From IMG/VR virus record IMGVR_UViG_3300006737_000029, positions 1 to 64,000 of that record: 64,000 bases of DNA. One strand, written 5' to 3'. Each line of letters opens with the position of its first letter. Within the stretch, counting starts at the first letter, position 1. The notes beneath the pieces are model-generated. The model did no database searches, was not told the DNA's origin, and saw only the letters and a program-made list of their open reading frames with translations. A program made the translations under genes and the position numbers. This DNA comes from a virus. Positions 7,483-18,062 of the stretch are shown here, piece by piece.

Positions 7483-7932
7483 TCAAAATAGTTTTTGCTG
7501 ATTAGGATCATCAAGATCCTTGCTTTCTAACTTATGTTGTAAAGCGGCCAATGCTCTCCATGCTACCTTAGCAAGATGTAAACACCCATCATCATGTTCA
7601 TCAGCCTGTAATAAATGTCTCATTAAAGCATCTAGATGATCCGTGCTCTTGCTTTTATCCCAATGTAAAGGCTCACCCGGATGGTGTTGCTCATTACCTA
7701 TACGTGATATATTAGATACTTCCTTTAGTGCATCAGGGAAATACTTAACAACTCCTGTATATATAGGAAAATCTTTTCTATTAGGTTTAAGATCATCAAT
7801 AGAGTAAGGTTTATTAAACTCTAGTCCTGGTGGACATGACATCTTCACGTCCCCAGGTGTTGAGTAATTATATGGATAGTTTCTATATGTATCATAATAA
7901 TATTTATTATGTCCATTCTTCTTCTTTGTCAT
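7483..7932 (-). CDS. dATP/dGTP diphosphohydrolase domain protein (DUF5664-like)
   Basis: FPDALKEVS..S..G..QH.....LHW.......DALMRHL...HLAKVAWRALA. Confidence 0.75.
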   Translation of the reverse strand: MTKKKNGHNKYYYDTYRNYPYNYSTPGDVKMSCPPGLEFNKPYSIDDLKPNRKDFPIYTGVVKYFPDALKEVSNISRIGNEQHHPGEPLHWDKSKSTDHLDALMRHLLQADEHDDGCLHLAKVAWRALAALQHKLESKDLDDPNQQKLF

Positions 7933-8828
7933 AGTGAAAATACATTTGATGAAGAATCATAATCACTTTGCTCATTTTCTGATCTTGCAGCATCTAATTC
8001 ATCAATAGTTTTACCATCAGGTAGTTCTATTAAATGTTCTTCAGGCATTTGAATATCATCTTCTGGGTTAGTATAGTTATCTTTAGGAGCTACATGAGAT
8101 GTGCTTAATACTTCTCCTGTCATAAACTCATGAAACTTAGATTGCTTTTTCATCCAGTCTCTTGGGTGAGTTGACTTGAAAGCTTGTGTAACATGGTTGT
8201 AAAACATCCACGCTGTGTCAGGATCAACACCATAAGCAAATGATGGTTTTTCCATCTCATTTTTAATAACAGACATTTGTTGACTATCTACAAGTTTTTC
8301 TTGCATATATAAACGTCCTGCTAATTCTGCTTGTTCTTTAAGTGATAAAGTTATACCCTGAAAAGCATTCTTATCAGTAATAAGCTGATTAAAGTTTTGC
8401 TTTGCCACACTTATTTGACCTGCAATTGATAATGCAATATCTGCATTAGCAGTTCCAGTATGCTTTCTACCAAACGTAGCTATATCTCCATGAACCATTC
8501 CATTATTACATACAAATACATAAGCTCCTATGCCGCATTGGAATCTAGTACTCTTATCATATGAATTGGTCCAAGCAAACATCATTCCCATATCAGCATC
8601 CTGAGTCATCCCAGGACTACTAATATGATAAATACCTTGTGCTACATTAGCATTATGACTTGCTCTAAAGGTTTGATTATCAACCGTTAAACCATTGACT
8701 TTCAATAGTTTCTGTGTGTGATCCATCACTTCTTTATGTGATACCACTGTATACGTCTTACCATGTTGTGGTAAGGATGCATTCTCAAGGAATGCTTTTG
8801 TTGTTGTTATTGCTTTTTTATGTCCCAT
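7929..8828 (-). CDS. DUF932-like protein
   Basis: YTVVSH, NSYDKS, FVCNNGM, RKHTG and AWMFYN.VT motifs. Confidence 0.65.
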   Translation of the reverse strand: MGHKKAITTTKAFLENASLPQHGKTYTVVSHKEVMDHTQKLLKVNGLTVDNQTFRASHNANVAQGIYHISSPGMTQDADMGMMFAWTNSYDKSTRFQCGIGAYVFVCNNGMVHGDIATFGRKHTGTANADIALSIAGQISVAKQNFNQLITDKNAFQGITLSLKEQAELAGRLYMQEKLVDSQQMSVIKNEMEKPSFAYGVDPDTAWMFYNHVTQAFKSTHPRDWMKKQSKFHEFMTGEVLSTSHVAPKDNYTNPEDDIQMPEEHLIELPDGKTIDELDAARSENEQSDYDSSSNVFSL

Positions 8829-8835
8829 ATTGTTA

Positions 8836-8843
8836 CAAATTTA
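8836..8843 (-). promoter_or_regulatory. Bacteroidota -7 promoter element TAAATTTG
   Basis: Matches TAnnTTTG, just upstream of the 8828 start. Confidence 0.5.
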
Positions 8844-10838
8844 TTAAAATAAGTTTAATTGATTACTACTAAATCCTAGAATATTATTGATCTCTTTCTC
8901 TATAGCTTGCTGATAATATTTATAGTTAATATCATACTCAGAGAACTTCCCTTTTAGTTCCATATTATTAAACACGGTACTCATCCAGGGGCCTGCTTCT
9001 AACTGTATTATACGCCCATCATTCTTGTTAACTTTAATTAACTTGGATCCTGATTTAGTAATATAATATCTGTTAATTTTTTGCAGGTTATCTGACTTAG
9101 CTTCACCTTCTTTTACATACTCCGCTTTTACTTGCCAACCATTGTTAGTTTTAGAACCAATACAATAGTCTAGAATATTTGTGTTTTCTTTAAGATACTC
9201 TTCAGGTAACTTATTGTTTACAAAATATTCATATATACCTTTTGGTATTACAAGCTTGGATTTGTTTTTATGAAGTGCTAATCCTGTGAATTCAAAACGA
9301 CCCTTACATTTAACAGGTGAATAATAGAATTTATCCTTCTCTACTTTAAATAAATAGTGAGAATTTTTTCTTTTTATTTCTCTCCATGTAGTTAGGTCTG
9401 TCTCAACAGGTTTAAAAATACCAATATAATTATTGACATCTCCAAAGATAAGTCTTTGATATTCATCATGTTCTAAATTTAGTTCAGTTGCCTCTTCCCA
9501 TTGCTTACATACTTTATAATACTCTTCCTTTGCTGACTCAGGAATAATAGTCTCAATACCGTCAGTGTTTTGCATAATTGCACGTGCTTCTGGTATTGCT
9601 TCCATAATCATTTCATAAAGCATCATGAGCGTCAATTGCCCATTGATTGTAATCCGCATTGTGAACTCCGGATCATACAGAAAAGAATTCTTATCATTAG
9701 ATAAACCATATGTACTATTAAGTATAATTTTATATACATAATTCATAGGATTACTCTTAGGAATCTTTTTTCTTTCTGTAAAGAACCACTCATATAGTTC
9801 ACAAAACTGTGACTTAGGTAAGTGTGCTGGAGACCAACCATTCTTAATTGCTAGATTAGGATAGAAAGATGTAACATCTGATGACATTATTATCTCTCCT
9901 TCTTGAGGCTCATATACACCGGGGCTTGCTGCACCGTGTACTCCTCCTAAACCAAAATCTGTTTTCACTCCCTTATATTTAACACTATACTTAAAGGCCC
10001 CTTTTATATTAAGAGGGTCTAATTCTACAGTTTTAAATCTTTCAAGAAGTTTTTGAAACTCTGGTGTTTTAAATGATACATAAGGTAATATAATATCTTG
10101 TAACTTAATTACTTTTCTAAACGTTCTCATCTTCTTAAGTTCCCATTTGGGTATGTCTAACTCTTTGCTGAGGTAGTAACCAAACAGTTCCTTGCTGATC
10201 CTAGGTTCAGATGCATTAAATAAATTAATATTATATTGTTGTGATAAATCTTTTCTTAATCCTATTAGCGCTTTGGATCTATTATATATTTCTTGAGTTG
10301 CTCTTACATCATTGATACAATAATCAATAACCATATCAACTTCTTGTTGAGTAGTTATTTCTGTGTCATGAGCAATAGGCATATCAAGAATATTATTCCA
10401 ATCCATTGTATACTCTATCCATTTTAGGCTAGATAGTTTTGCCATATTATCCCAATGATTTAACTTGAATACATCTATTTGAGGAATGACCATCTTCCAT
10501 TCAGGATACTTAGAGAACTCTCTGTTGTTAGATCTTTGAATAGTAGCTTGTGCTTCCTCATATATATGATGAACTAAGTCTTCAGTTGATGCTGCTAGCA
10601 CAGCCTTCTTCTTATCAAGAAACCAGTGTGTTATCTGTGCATCAAATCCTAAACCATTAAATGATATATGATACTCTTTATTATTTTTATTTTGTTCAAG
10701 AAATTCTATAAAAGCTTTTCTATCATCTCTGAATTTATGAATAACAAATGTTTTAGTCTCTTCTGTTTTGTAATGTTTAAATACTCCACAAAAGAAATTA
10801 CACAATGTTTCATAATCCATTACCCAATGGTTCTTCAT
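8844..10838 (-). CDS. polB: family B DNA polymerase
   Basis: ExoI DYET, ExoII FNGLGFD, ExoIII YCINDV; polymerase motifs DVTSFYP, KIILNSTYG, NTDG. Confidence 0.92.
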   Translation of the reverse strand: MKNHWVMDYETLCNFFCGVFKHYKTEETKTFVIHKFRDDRKAFIEFLEQNKNNKEYHISFNGLGFDAQITHWFLDKKKAVLAASTEDLVHHIYEEAQATIQRSNNREFSKYPEWKMVIPQIDVFKLNHWDNMAKLSSLKWIEYTMDWNNILDMPIAHDTEITTQQEVDMVIDYCINDVRATQEIYNRSKALIGLRKDLSQQYNINLFNASEPRISKELFGYYLSKELDIPKWELKKMRTFRKVIKLQDIILPYVSFKTPEFQKLLERFKTVELDPLNIKGAFKYSVKYKGVKTDFGLGGVHGAASPGVYEPQEGEIIMSSDVTSFYPNLAIKNGWSPAHLPKSQFCELYEWFFTERKKIPKSNPMNYVYKIILNSTYGLSNDKNSFLYDPEFTMRITINGQLTLMMLYEMIMEAIPEARAIMQNTDGIETIIPESAKEEYYKVCKQWEEATELNLEHDEYQRLIFGDVNNYIGIFKPVETDLTTWREIKRKNSHYLFKVEKDKFYYSPVKCKGRFEFTGLALHKNKSKLVIPKGIYEYFVNNKLPEEYLKENTNILDYCIGSKTNNGWQVKAEYVKEGEAKSDNLQKINRYYITKSGSKLIKVNKNDGRIIQLEAGPWMSTVFNNMELKGKFSEYDINYKYYQQAIEKEINNILGFSSNQLNLF

Positions 10839-11071
10839 ATTTTAAATCTTCCCCATTTAGGATCTTGAGCATCCATATCTGCATCAAAATTTGCTCTATC
10901 AGCAGCTTTATTATGATGAGCATTGAATAATTTTAAATTTTCATTCTCTTCTTCAATTTCACCACTATATTTCCACAACTGATCTGCAGTCATTTCTATT
11001 GGACCGTTATCTTTTTTGTCCTGTTTTGCTTTTATTATCCCTTCTATAAACTTTTTTATATTTTCTTTCAT
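10835..11071 (-). CDS. hypothetical protein
   Basis: 78-aa ORF, ATGA overlap with polB. Confidence 0.6.
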   Translation of the reverse strand: MKENIKKFIEGIIKAKQDKKDNGPIEMTADQLWKYSGEIEEENENLKLFNAHHNKAADRANFDADMDAQDPKWGRFKI

Positions 11072-11189
11072 AAGCTTCCATGTTTTTCATTAATTGATTT
11101 TGTTGTTCTATTCTACGACCTTCTTCTAGTGCATATCTCCCTAGAAAAAAGGTACCTGCAAGTACTGCTAATAATATTATTGTTGACAT
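11007..11189 (-). CDS. small N-terminal TM protein
   Basis: MSTIILLAVLAGTFFLG hydrophobic N-terminus. Confidence 0.5.
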   Translation of the reverse strand: MSTIILLAVLAGTFFLGRYALEEGRRIEQQNQLMKNMEAYERKYKKVYRRDNKSKTGQKR

Positions 11190-11207
11190 TGGTTTAAATT
11201 TGAGACC

Positions 11208-11232
11208 AAAAAAAGGGACCGAAGTCCCTTTC
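11208..11232 (-). terminator. intrinsic terminator
   Basis: aaagggac-cgaa-gtcccttt hairpin (UUCG loop on the - strand) followed by a U tract on the - strand. Confidence 0.8.
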
Positions 11233-11257
11233 CCTGGATTGGTTAATAAAGAAAACC

Positions 11258-11710
11258 CTAAACTAAGTTCAGGTTAGTTGCTTTCTCGGAAGAAAGTGCT
11301 CTTTTCATTTCCTCCACATCATTCTCAATGATAGGAGCATATTCATATGAATCAGCATTTATTGCAAATCTCTCAATGAAATCCTTGATTTCAGTTTCTT
11401 CTACAATATAATACTCAGCATGTGTTTGCATCATAACTCTTTGTTCTTTGGTGTCTTTACCATTTGGTCTTTTACCAATTTTCATTTTGACTTCATCTCC
11501 ATTGTCATCAATCTTTGGAACAAAGTGATAAGAATTTTTATTAATTCTTGAAATAACAGCAAGTATTTTACTACTTGGGTCAAAAATAACCTCTACATAT
11601 GGACAATCCACAGTAACAGGTGTTAACTTGAATGTTTTGTATGGTCCCCAGTTTGATGTTGTTAGCAACATATTCTGTCCATACATTGGTTTTGTGTTTC
11701 CTTTACTCAT
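11258..11710 (-). CDS. hypothetical protein
   Basis: 150-aa ORF with its own TATCTTTG element at 11737-11744 and a terminator downstream. Confidence 0.7.
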   Translation of the reverse strand: MSKGNTKPMYGQNMLLTTSNWGPYKTFKLTPVTVDCPYVEVIFDPSSKILAVISRINKNSYHFVPKIDDNGDEVKMKIGKRPNGKDTKEQRVMMQTHAEYYIVEETEIKDFIERFAINADSYEYAPIIENDVEEMKRALSSEKATNLNLV

Positions 11711-12297
11711 TTTAAAATATATTTTGAATTAGAATACAAAGATAACATTTTATTCTTAAAAATAATAGCTTTGTCAGGTTTTTTATATATAAGGTGTTCT
11801 TTATCCATATCCGGTTTACTACATAGTTCTCCTACCTCTTGCAGCTGTGATACATCAACATTAAGTTCTTCTGCATATTGATCCATATAGTACTTAGGAT
11901 ATAAAAATTCTTCAACATATCTTGCTATTGCACCTTTCTCACCAAAGAAATTCATAACAGTATCTTTTGTTGACTCAGTGAAATTAGAGTATTTTCCTCT
12001 GACCAGGCTTACATAGTCAGAAGCAAAATCACTCATATCAAACACATATAGGTGAACATTCTTATCAAGAGAGACATAATCAAAAAATAATATATTAGAA
12101 AACAAAAAGTCATTTTCAAATCTTGACCACTCTTCACTCTTTTTTTGTTCATATAGACAAATAAATTTCTTATCCTTTACGGTGAAATTATCCGCCCAAC
12201 TTAAAAACGTTTCTACTGGAACAAAATCCACCCCTTTCTTTATACCTAATAAAGGATAGAGGAAGACTTTGCTTTTTTGGAAGTATTCTGTATACAT
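11707..12297 (-). CDS. hypothetical protein
   Basis: 196-aa ORF coupled to its neighbours. Confidence 0.7.
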   Translation of the reverse strand: MYTEYFQKSKVFLYPLLGIKKGVDFVPVETFLSWADNFTVKDKKFICLYEQKKSEEWSRFENDFLFSNILFFDYVSLDKNVHLYVFDMSDFASDYVSLVRGKYSNFTESTKDTVMNFFGEKGAIARYVEEFLYPKYYMDQYAEELNVDVSQLQEVGELCSKPDMDKEHLIYKKPDKAIIFKNKMLSLYSNSKYILK

Positions 12298-13305
12298 TTA
12301 TAACACAACTTTATTATTAATAAACTCATACGGTAAATCAAAGTTCATTTCTTCTAAGTGAAACTTACACGCCTTTAATACTTCCATGAGTTGCTTACCC
12401 CATGATTGCATTGTAGCTTCACTTACTTCAAAATTATACACTTGATTATACGTATCTACTACTATAAAGTTAAAGTTTATTTTGTAACCTTGTATACCAT
12501 CTGGTATATTTTTTAATACCAACATTGTATAAACAGCAGCCTGCATCCAATAATTATAATAATCTACAGTGTCAACAAAACTGACGATAGACTTACCTGA
12601 CGTTTTTATGTCTATGATAGTGATTGCTCTTTTCTTATGGTCTATAATGTATTTATCTACATAACCCTTAAGACCAAACTTAATATCCCTTAGATCACAT
12701 TCTAGGTATGATTCTGCAAATGATTCAGTTTCATCTAACTCAAAGTCTGTTATAACTGGATCAAGTAAATCCATTATATCTTTCTTTGACTTAACAATCT
12801 CTACACGTTCTAATGTTCTGTCATACATATCCTGATCAATGATGTCTTTACCCTCTGATACAAGTAGAAATTTAAAATACTCCTTGTTATCATCCGTGAG
12901 TACCTTAGATAATCTCTTTGAGTCATCTTTGATAGACTGATATAAATTCTGATGTTTCAATGCACTAATGATCTCAGGTTCTAAATCTTCTAAGTCCCCA
13001 ACAGCATTTCCTTTAACTTCATTAAGGACTCTACGCACAGCATCTGATGGTATCTTACCCGGTAGTAATGCAAAATCATTCTTAAAATTATCTGGTTGCA
13101 ATAATAATAGATGTAACAACCTGCCCTCTATTAGATGCTTTTCTGTTCTTACTTCTCTATCTTTAAGGACATAGTCCTTGTAGAAAAGCTTAGGGGAGAA
13201 CCTAAGTCTATTCATACTTGAATATGAAAACTTAAATTCTCCTCTGTCATACTTATCTTTAAATATTTGCTCTTTGTCTGTCATATTAAAATGGTAATCC
13301 GTCAT
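12298..13305 (-). CDS. PD-(D/E)XK exonuclease (RecE/DUF3799-like)
   Basis: FSYSS, G.LLH, KGYVD...IIDIKT, Y.MQAAVY. Confidence 0.8.
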   Translation of the reverse strand: MTDYHFNMTDKEQIFKDKYDRGEFKFSYSSMNRLRFSPKLFYKDYVLKDREVRTEKHLIEGRLLHLLLLQPDNFKNDFALLPGKIPSDAVRRVLNEVKGNAVGDLEDLEPEIISALKHQNLYQSIKDDSKRLSKVLTDDNKEYFKFLLVSEGKDIIDQDMYDRTLERVEIVKSKKDIMDLLDPVITDFELDETESFAESYLECDLRDIKFGLKGYVDKYIIDHKKRAITIIDIKTSGKSIVSFVDTVDYYNYWMQAAVYTMLVLKNIPDGIQGYKINFNFIVVDTYNQVYNFEVSEATMQSWGKQLMEVLKACKFHLEEMNFDLPYEFINNKVVL

Positions 13306-14533
13306 TTAATTCTAGGGTGCTGGCCTCTTTGACCGCTTGATTAAACCCTACACTCTTTACTTTACTCTTCATATCAGGAGTTAAACTTATAGAACTTCTT
13401 TCTATTTTGAATACTTCCTTTGAATTTGCTAGACCTGTAGCATTAAGAACTACTTCTTCAAATACTAAATCTAATACATGCTCCATTGCATTCTTAGTTA
13501 AAGCATCATCTTCAACAAGAAGCCTTATAAGATTCTCATACCTAACTGCATTCCCATAGTTATAACTTGTATTGTCATAATATTTCTGAAAAGCTTTTCT
13601 TAAACTCTTAAAGTTAACCGTGTTATAAGTTTTGGTATTCTTAAAAGTTTCAAAGTAATGAAAGAATAATATTGCTATATAAGTCTTAGATGTTTCAATG
13701 TTACAGTTTGCCAACGTTGTCATTGCTACTGTAATATCTTCTTTGTTACCAGACTTAATCATATCCTTTAACTGAAGATACATTTCATCATCTAATGTAA
13801 CTGAGTCAGAAGACATTAATTTATTAGCGTCTTCATCTAAGATCCATTTAAAGTTTCCACTAACTATATCTTTAAAGGTTTCAGCATTCTTACTTTCTAT
13901 AAAAGCTCTACAATCAATTGCGTTGCTATTCTGATTAAAAGAAGTCATCACCGGCTTGAAATATTTTTCAATACAATCAGGATGATAATAATAGTTACCA
14001 TTTCTAGTATTAATTAAACAGTCATCTTCTAATCCATCAATTACTTTAATTATCTCTAACCAATTGTCAAAAGACGCAGTATTATTCTGAACAACTTCCT
14101 TAAACATATCAACAGTTACGTACTCAGAATACCATGTCTCTTTGATTATGTTAGTTAATAAACCATAAGATAATATTCTAACATCAGCTTTGCTAGCATC
14201 TCTAATAACTTTTATGTCATTATCAGTACAAAATAAAGATACCTTATCTCTAGATAAATTTAATTTTGGATACCTGTACATAGTTTTAATACCACTAAAG
14301 TCATGGACTTGTTGTGATTTTAATTCATCTATCATACTTCTAACATACTTATCCATTCTGTCATAACCACCACCACGGTTACGTTCTGCATCTTTAGCAG
14401 TTAAGAATACATCAGGTATGTAATGACCCGGATCTTTTAAGATTATATTTTCTTTTTTTATTTTAGCATGAGCAATTCCTTCATCATCAGAAGGCATTTG
14501 CCAGTTTAAATCATAAATTTTTATCAATTTCAT
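13286..14533 (-). CDS. BRCT-like domain protein
   Basis: MYRYPKLNLSRDKV......DIKVIRDASKADVRI resembles the BRCT core; paralogous segment in the next gene. Confidence 0.45.
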   Translation of the reverse strand: MKLIKIYDLNWQMPSDDEGIAHAKIKKENIILKDPGHYIPDVFLTAKDAERNRGGGYDRMDKYVRSMIDELKSQQVHDFSGIKTMYRYPKLNLSRDKVSLFCTDNDIKVIRDASKADVRILSYGLLTNIIKETWYSEYVTVDMFKEVVQNNTASFDNWLEIIKVIDGLEDDCLINTRNGNYYYHPDCIEKYFKPVMTSFNQNSNAIDCRAFIESKNAETFKDIVSGNFKWILDEDANKLMSSDSVTLDDEMYLQLKDMIKSGNKEDITVAMTTLANCNIETSKTYIAILFFHYFETFKNTKTYNTVNFKSLRKAFQKYYDNTSYNYGNAVRYENLIRLLVEDDALTKNAMEHVLDLVFEEVVLNATGLANSKEVFKIERSSISLTPDMKSKVKSVGFNQAVKEASTLELNDGLPF

Positions 14534-14537
14534 TTTA

Positions 14538-15605
14538 TTAATTTTTAATTTTTAAATACTTTTCTCTATACTCTGGTTTAATCTCTACTTTAAATACATA
14601 CAAATCTCTATTAGATATATAAATATCTGATCTACATTTAGGCTCCATGTATTTAAATCCTACAGGAGTTAATACTCCTAATTCATCATGCTCTTTTATA
14701 AAATCTTCAGCACTTAGTCTTTGATACCAGTCAAATCTAATATCATCAACCCAATGACTAAAGTCTTTATTACGTGATGAAATTCTGTAATGACTAATTT
14801 CTTGACACATCTTCCAGATCAAATGGTGGTTAATATCAGACTGAATAGTAGGAAGAATCTTAACTAACATCTCTTTGTCATCATCACCGCTATTATACAT
14901 AGCCACAATAGTTTCTAACAATTCATCTGTTAAAGGTTGCATGTTAGGAGATTCACGTAAGACTCTGTCTTCATCTACTGTCTCAGCACCATTTCTAATC
15001 TTCTCTAATATTTCTAATCCCATTCCTGTATATACATAACAATCATATGGAAGAGAATCATATTCAGCATAAGACAAACTACTGTTTAGTTTTTCCCACA
15101 TACCAGGATCATTTATCACATGCCCCACTTGCTCTTGTTCCATCCAATCATTCATTGCATCACACAGAGGTTCATGAGTTTCAAATTCAGTTATACTATA
15201 ACCGTTATTTACTTTAAACATGATCTTACGCATTGGAAGATTTTCTGAATGATTAAGATCTTCATATACATTATAGTTAGTAATAAATATATCTGCGTCA
15301 GAAACTTTATTAGTTATCTTTATGCTATGTTCACTAAGTTCCTGCTTCATTCTATCTGCAGATATACTTGACCCTGGTAAGATAAATGCTTTCTTACCAT
15401 TCATATTTCTTAAGGGAGTTTCTTTATCCCCGGTAACCCAATCTTTATGTTTTTCCCATGCGTCTCCACAATCACTTACAATTACTGTAGTACGTTTAGA
15501 GCTATCTCTAGAACAGATCATACCATTGATGTCTGTACTAGAGAGCCCTAAATTAGTAACTGTTTGTGTCATAGAACGCACATCTTTGTGCAATTCTTTA
15601 CTCAT
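14538..15605 (-). CDS. BRCT-like domain protein
   Basis: GKKAFILPGSSISADRMKQELSEHSIKITNKVSDADIFIT resembles the BRCT core. Confidence 0.5.
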   Translation of the reverse strand: MSKELHKDVRSMTQTVTNLGLSSTDINGMICSRDSSKRTTVIVSDCGDAWEKHKDWVTGDKETPLRNMNGKKAFILPGSSISADRMKQELSEHSIKITNKVSDADIFITNYNVYEDLNHSENLPMRKIMFKVNNGYSITEFETHEPLCDAMNDWMEQEQVGHVINDPGMWEKLNSSLSYAEYDSLPYDCYVYTGMGLEILEKIRNGAETVDEDRVLRESPNMQPLTDELLETIVAMYNSGDDDKEMLVKILPTIQSDINHHLIWKMCQEISHYRISSRNKDFSHWVDDIRFDWYQRLSAEDFIKEHDELGVLTPVGFKYMEPKCRSDIYISNRDLYVFKVEIKPEYREKYLKIKN

Positions 15606-15606
15606 A

Positions 15607-16872
15607 TTACTTAAGTGTCATTTTAATAATTTCCGGATTCATCATAAACTTATTAAACTTCTGCTTGTTACCATTAAAGATAGTTCTAACAACTAAATAC
15701 TTAAGATCATTAGAAAAGTAATCTTTAGTACACAATTTTAATAGTCTATCAGTAATCTTCTGATTAACTGTATTCTCCTTAGAGTATACAACAGCATAGT
15801 TAGCAAGTCTTGTTGCTAATGTTGAAGCAATGTCTGCACGGTAAGTATCTTCTTTACCAACACAACTGCTCAACTCTCCTACTATGTATGCCTCATTCTC
15901 ATGAGTTAACAAGTCTTTTGGTGTAACTAACTTGTCTAACTTATTGTTAATGAATATTGTAAACATAGAAGCAAACTCCTCACCTACACTACCTTCACCA
16001 ATCATTTGGATTAATGGTAGGTTTTCATCAAAGTTATCAAAGCTAGATATAGCATTAAAGAATGTTGATATAGATCTAGCATTAGTCTCTTGAGTTACTA
16101 ACTCAGGATGCATTAATAAGAAGTTAATACATCTAGTGTCTATACCTTCTTCTTCTGCCCAACGAGCCCATACATCTACATCAAACTTTAGATTAGCTGT
16201 AATGTATCTTGTCTTCTGTGCTGAGTCAATACTATTAACCATGTAATCACCGTTATCAGGATTAGCTGTCAAGATGATGTGCCAATCTTCTGGTAAAGTC
16301 CATGAGATGTAAGTCTGACGGTCTACTAACTCCATAACTGCTTGGATGAATCTTGTATCTGCACGATTCCAGTCATCAAGTAAAAGGATACCACCTTTCT
16401 TTCTTCCTGCTATCCATTCAGGTGCACAGTAAGACATACGGTTTGCACCGGTCATCTTCCATCCACTCTTAAGATATTCAGATACAGCTAACTCATCAAC
16501 CCACTGACCAACTTTCTTAGTAGTAGTTTTATTTGCTAGCTTAAGTAGATCATCAGTTGCAGCGCCAGTTCTACCATAGTTTACATCATCACCCTTAACA
16601 GGTACTTGCTTCTCTTTATACATTTGGAATTGTCTAGTAGGAAAACCTACAAGGTCACCCAACTCTTCTATCTGTGCTAAGTTTAACTTAACAAAATCTA
16701 GATCATGTTCCTTAGCCATATCCATGATAGATGTTGTCTTACCAATACCGGACTCACCAACAACTTCAATTGCTACTGGTTTCTTTCCTTGCTTCTGTAA
16801 GAATCTGTTATTATCTACTACGTGATTTACAAATCCTTTTAGTTCATCAATGTTTAAATTTACTTGTGCCAT
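15607..16872 (-). CDS. MoxR-like AAA+ ATPase
   Basis: Walker A GESGIGKT, Walker B LLLDDWNRA, sensor ILTANP, DSAQKTR. Confidence 0.88.
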   Translation of the reverse strand: MAQVNLNIDELKGFVNHVVDNNRFLQKQGKKPVAIEVVGESGIGKTTSIMDMAKEHDLDFVKLNLAQIEELGDLVGFPTRQFQMYKEKQVPVKGDDVNYGRTGAATDDLLKLANKTTTKKVGQWVDELAVSEYLKSGWKMTGANRMSYCAPEWIAGRKKGGILLLDDWNRADTRFIQAVMELVDRQTYISWTLPEDWHIILTANPDNGDYMVNSIDSAQKTRYITANLKFDVDVWARWAEEEGIDTRCINFLLMHPELVTQETNARSISTFFNAISSFDNFDENLPLIQMIGEGSVGEEFASMFTIFINNKLDKLVTPKDLLTHENEAYIVGELSSCVGKEDTYRADIASTLATRLANYAVVYSKENTVNQKITDRLLKLCTKDYFSNDLKYLVVRTIFNGNKQKFNKFMMNPEIIKMTLK

Positions 16873-16880
16873 AATTTCTT

Positions 16881-18062
16881 TTATTTATTAATTTGAATTT
16901 TGAGTCCTGGTAAGTCTTCATTTATACTACAACGAGAACTGTGTACCCAAAGAGCATTCTTTGGACAGTCTTCTGGAGTATATGCTTCACCATCTGTTAA
17001 ATATATTAGAGCAGTGTAATGCCCCTTTTCATTGTAATGATCTATTACAGGTTGGAAGCTTGTGCCTCCTCTACCTTTGATCTCCCAATCCTTTCTTGGA
17101 TTGAATTCCTCTACGGAATTTATACTTGTGTCACACTGTACTACTGTAATTTTGTGACCCGTTTTATGCATGTGTGTAAGCTCATTCATGAACTCTTTAA
17201 GTTCATCATTAGATACAGATCCGCTTGTGTCAACACCAACACAGATATGATTCTTGTATTTAATCTTAAGCCCTGGACTACCAGTATACCTTTTATTATA
17301 TTTACGCCTAAGTTTCTTAGTGTATATAATACTAGAATTACCAACAAATCTTCTTAAGTATTGCTTCCACGGAAATGCTGGTTGTTCTATTTCATTTAAC
17401 TTCCTTATTATCTCTGCTAATTCACCAGGTATTGAACCACATCTTTTTTCAGTAGCTTCAGCAGTTTCTTTTAACTGATGTTCAATTTGTTTTTGAACTA
17501 ACTTCTTATCAGCTTCAGATAATTCTTCAAACTCATCCCATGTAGGATGACAATAAGGACTAGCCCCATCCATATTACCTAATATGTTATCTAGTGTAGG
17601 AGACGTACCATCTTGTTGTGCTCCCTTTAGAAGATCATAATACACCTTAGTACCTGCTCTTGTTGGAAGATTTAATTCAGAAAATGTTTCTAATGTTAGA
17701 CCACCTTCTGGAAGATAATCATGATCAATATACTGATTGATCTCTATGTCTGCGGCTACATTAAACAATCTCATATCATCAAACTTATCTCTTATTAACA
17801 AATGCCCAAAAGACACATGTAATATCTCATGCTTTAATAAACCAATCTGTTGTTTTTCATTTAGTCCATCAAAGAATTCTGGATTAATTGCTAGCTGCAC
17901 ACCCATTCCATTCTTGCTCACACCTGCAGTGGGCAAATCATTTCTATATTTCTTGTTCATTCCAACGAGAAACAAACCATAGAATGGTTCCTTAAACATC
18001 AGTGACTTACAAGCTTTAGATACTTTATCTACTATTTTTTGTATGTTAATAGTTGTATTCAT
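16881..18062 (-). CDS. HEXXH metallopeptidase-vWA protein (DUF2201-like)
   Basis: KHEILH, NVAADIEIN, MIDAS DTSGS, GGGT, LTDGE. Confidence 0.88.
   Translation of the reverse strand: MNTTINIQKIVDKVSKACKSLMFKEPFYGLFLVGMNKKYRNDLPTAGVSKNGMGVQLAINPEFFDGLNEKQQIGLLKHEILHVSFGHLLIRDKFDDMRLFNVAADIEINQYIDHDYLPEGGLTLETFSELNLPTRAGTKVYYDLLKGAQQDGTSPTLDNILGNMDGASPYCHPTWDEFEELSEADKKLVQKQIEHQLKETAEATEKRCGSIPGELAEIIRKLNEIEQPAFPWKQYLRRFVGNSSIIYTKKLRRKYNKRYTGSPGLKIKYKNHICVGVDTSGSVSNDELKEFMNELTHMHKTGHKITVVQCDTSINSVEEFNPRKDWEIKGRGGTSFQPVIDHYNEKGHYTALIYLTDGEAYTPEDCPKNALWVHSSRCSINEDLPGLKIQINK

Noticed and set aside
7483-10838. 2-aminoadenine (Z) genome pathway
   Set aside because: No PurZ/adenylosuccinate-synthetase-like gene in the window; the diphosphohydrolase domain alone is insufficient
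12298-13305. Cas4-like nuclease or CRISPR association
   Set aside because: Lacks the four-Cys Fe-S pattern of Cas4 and no array is nearby; a recombination exonuclease fits better
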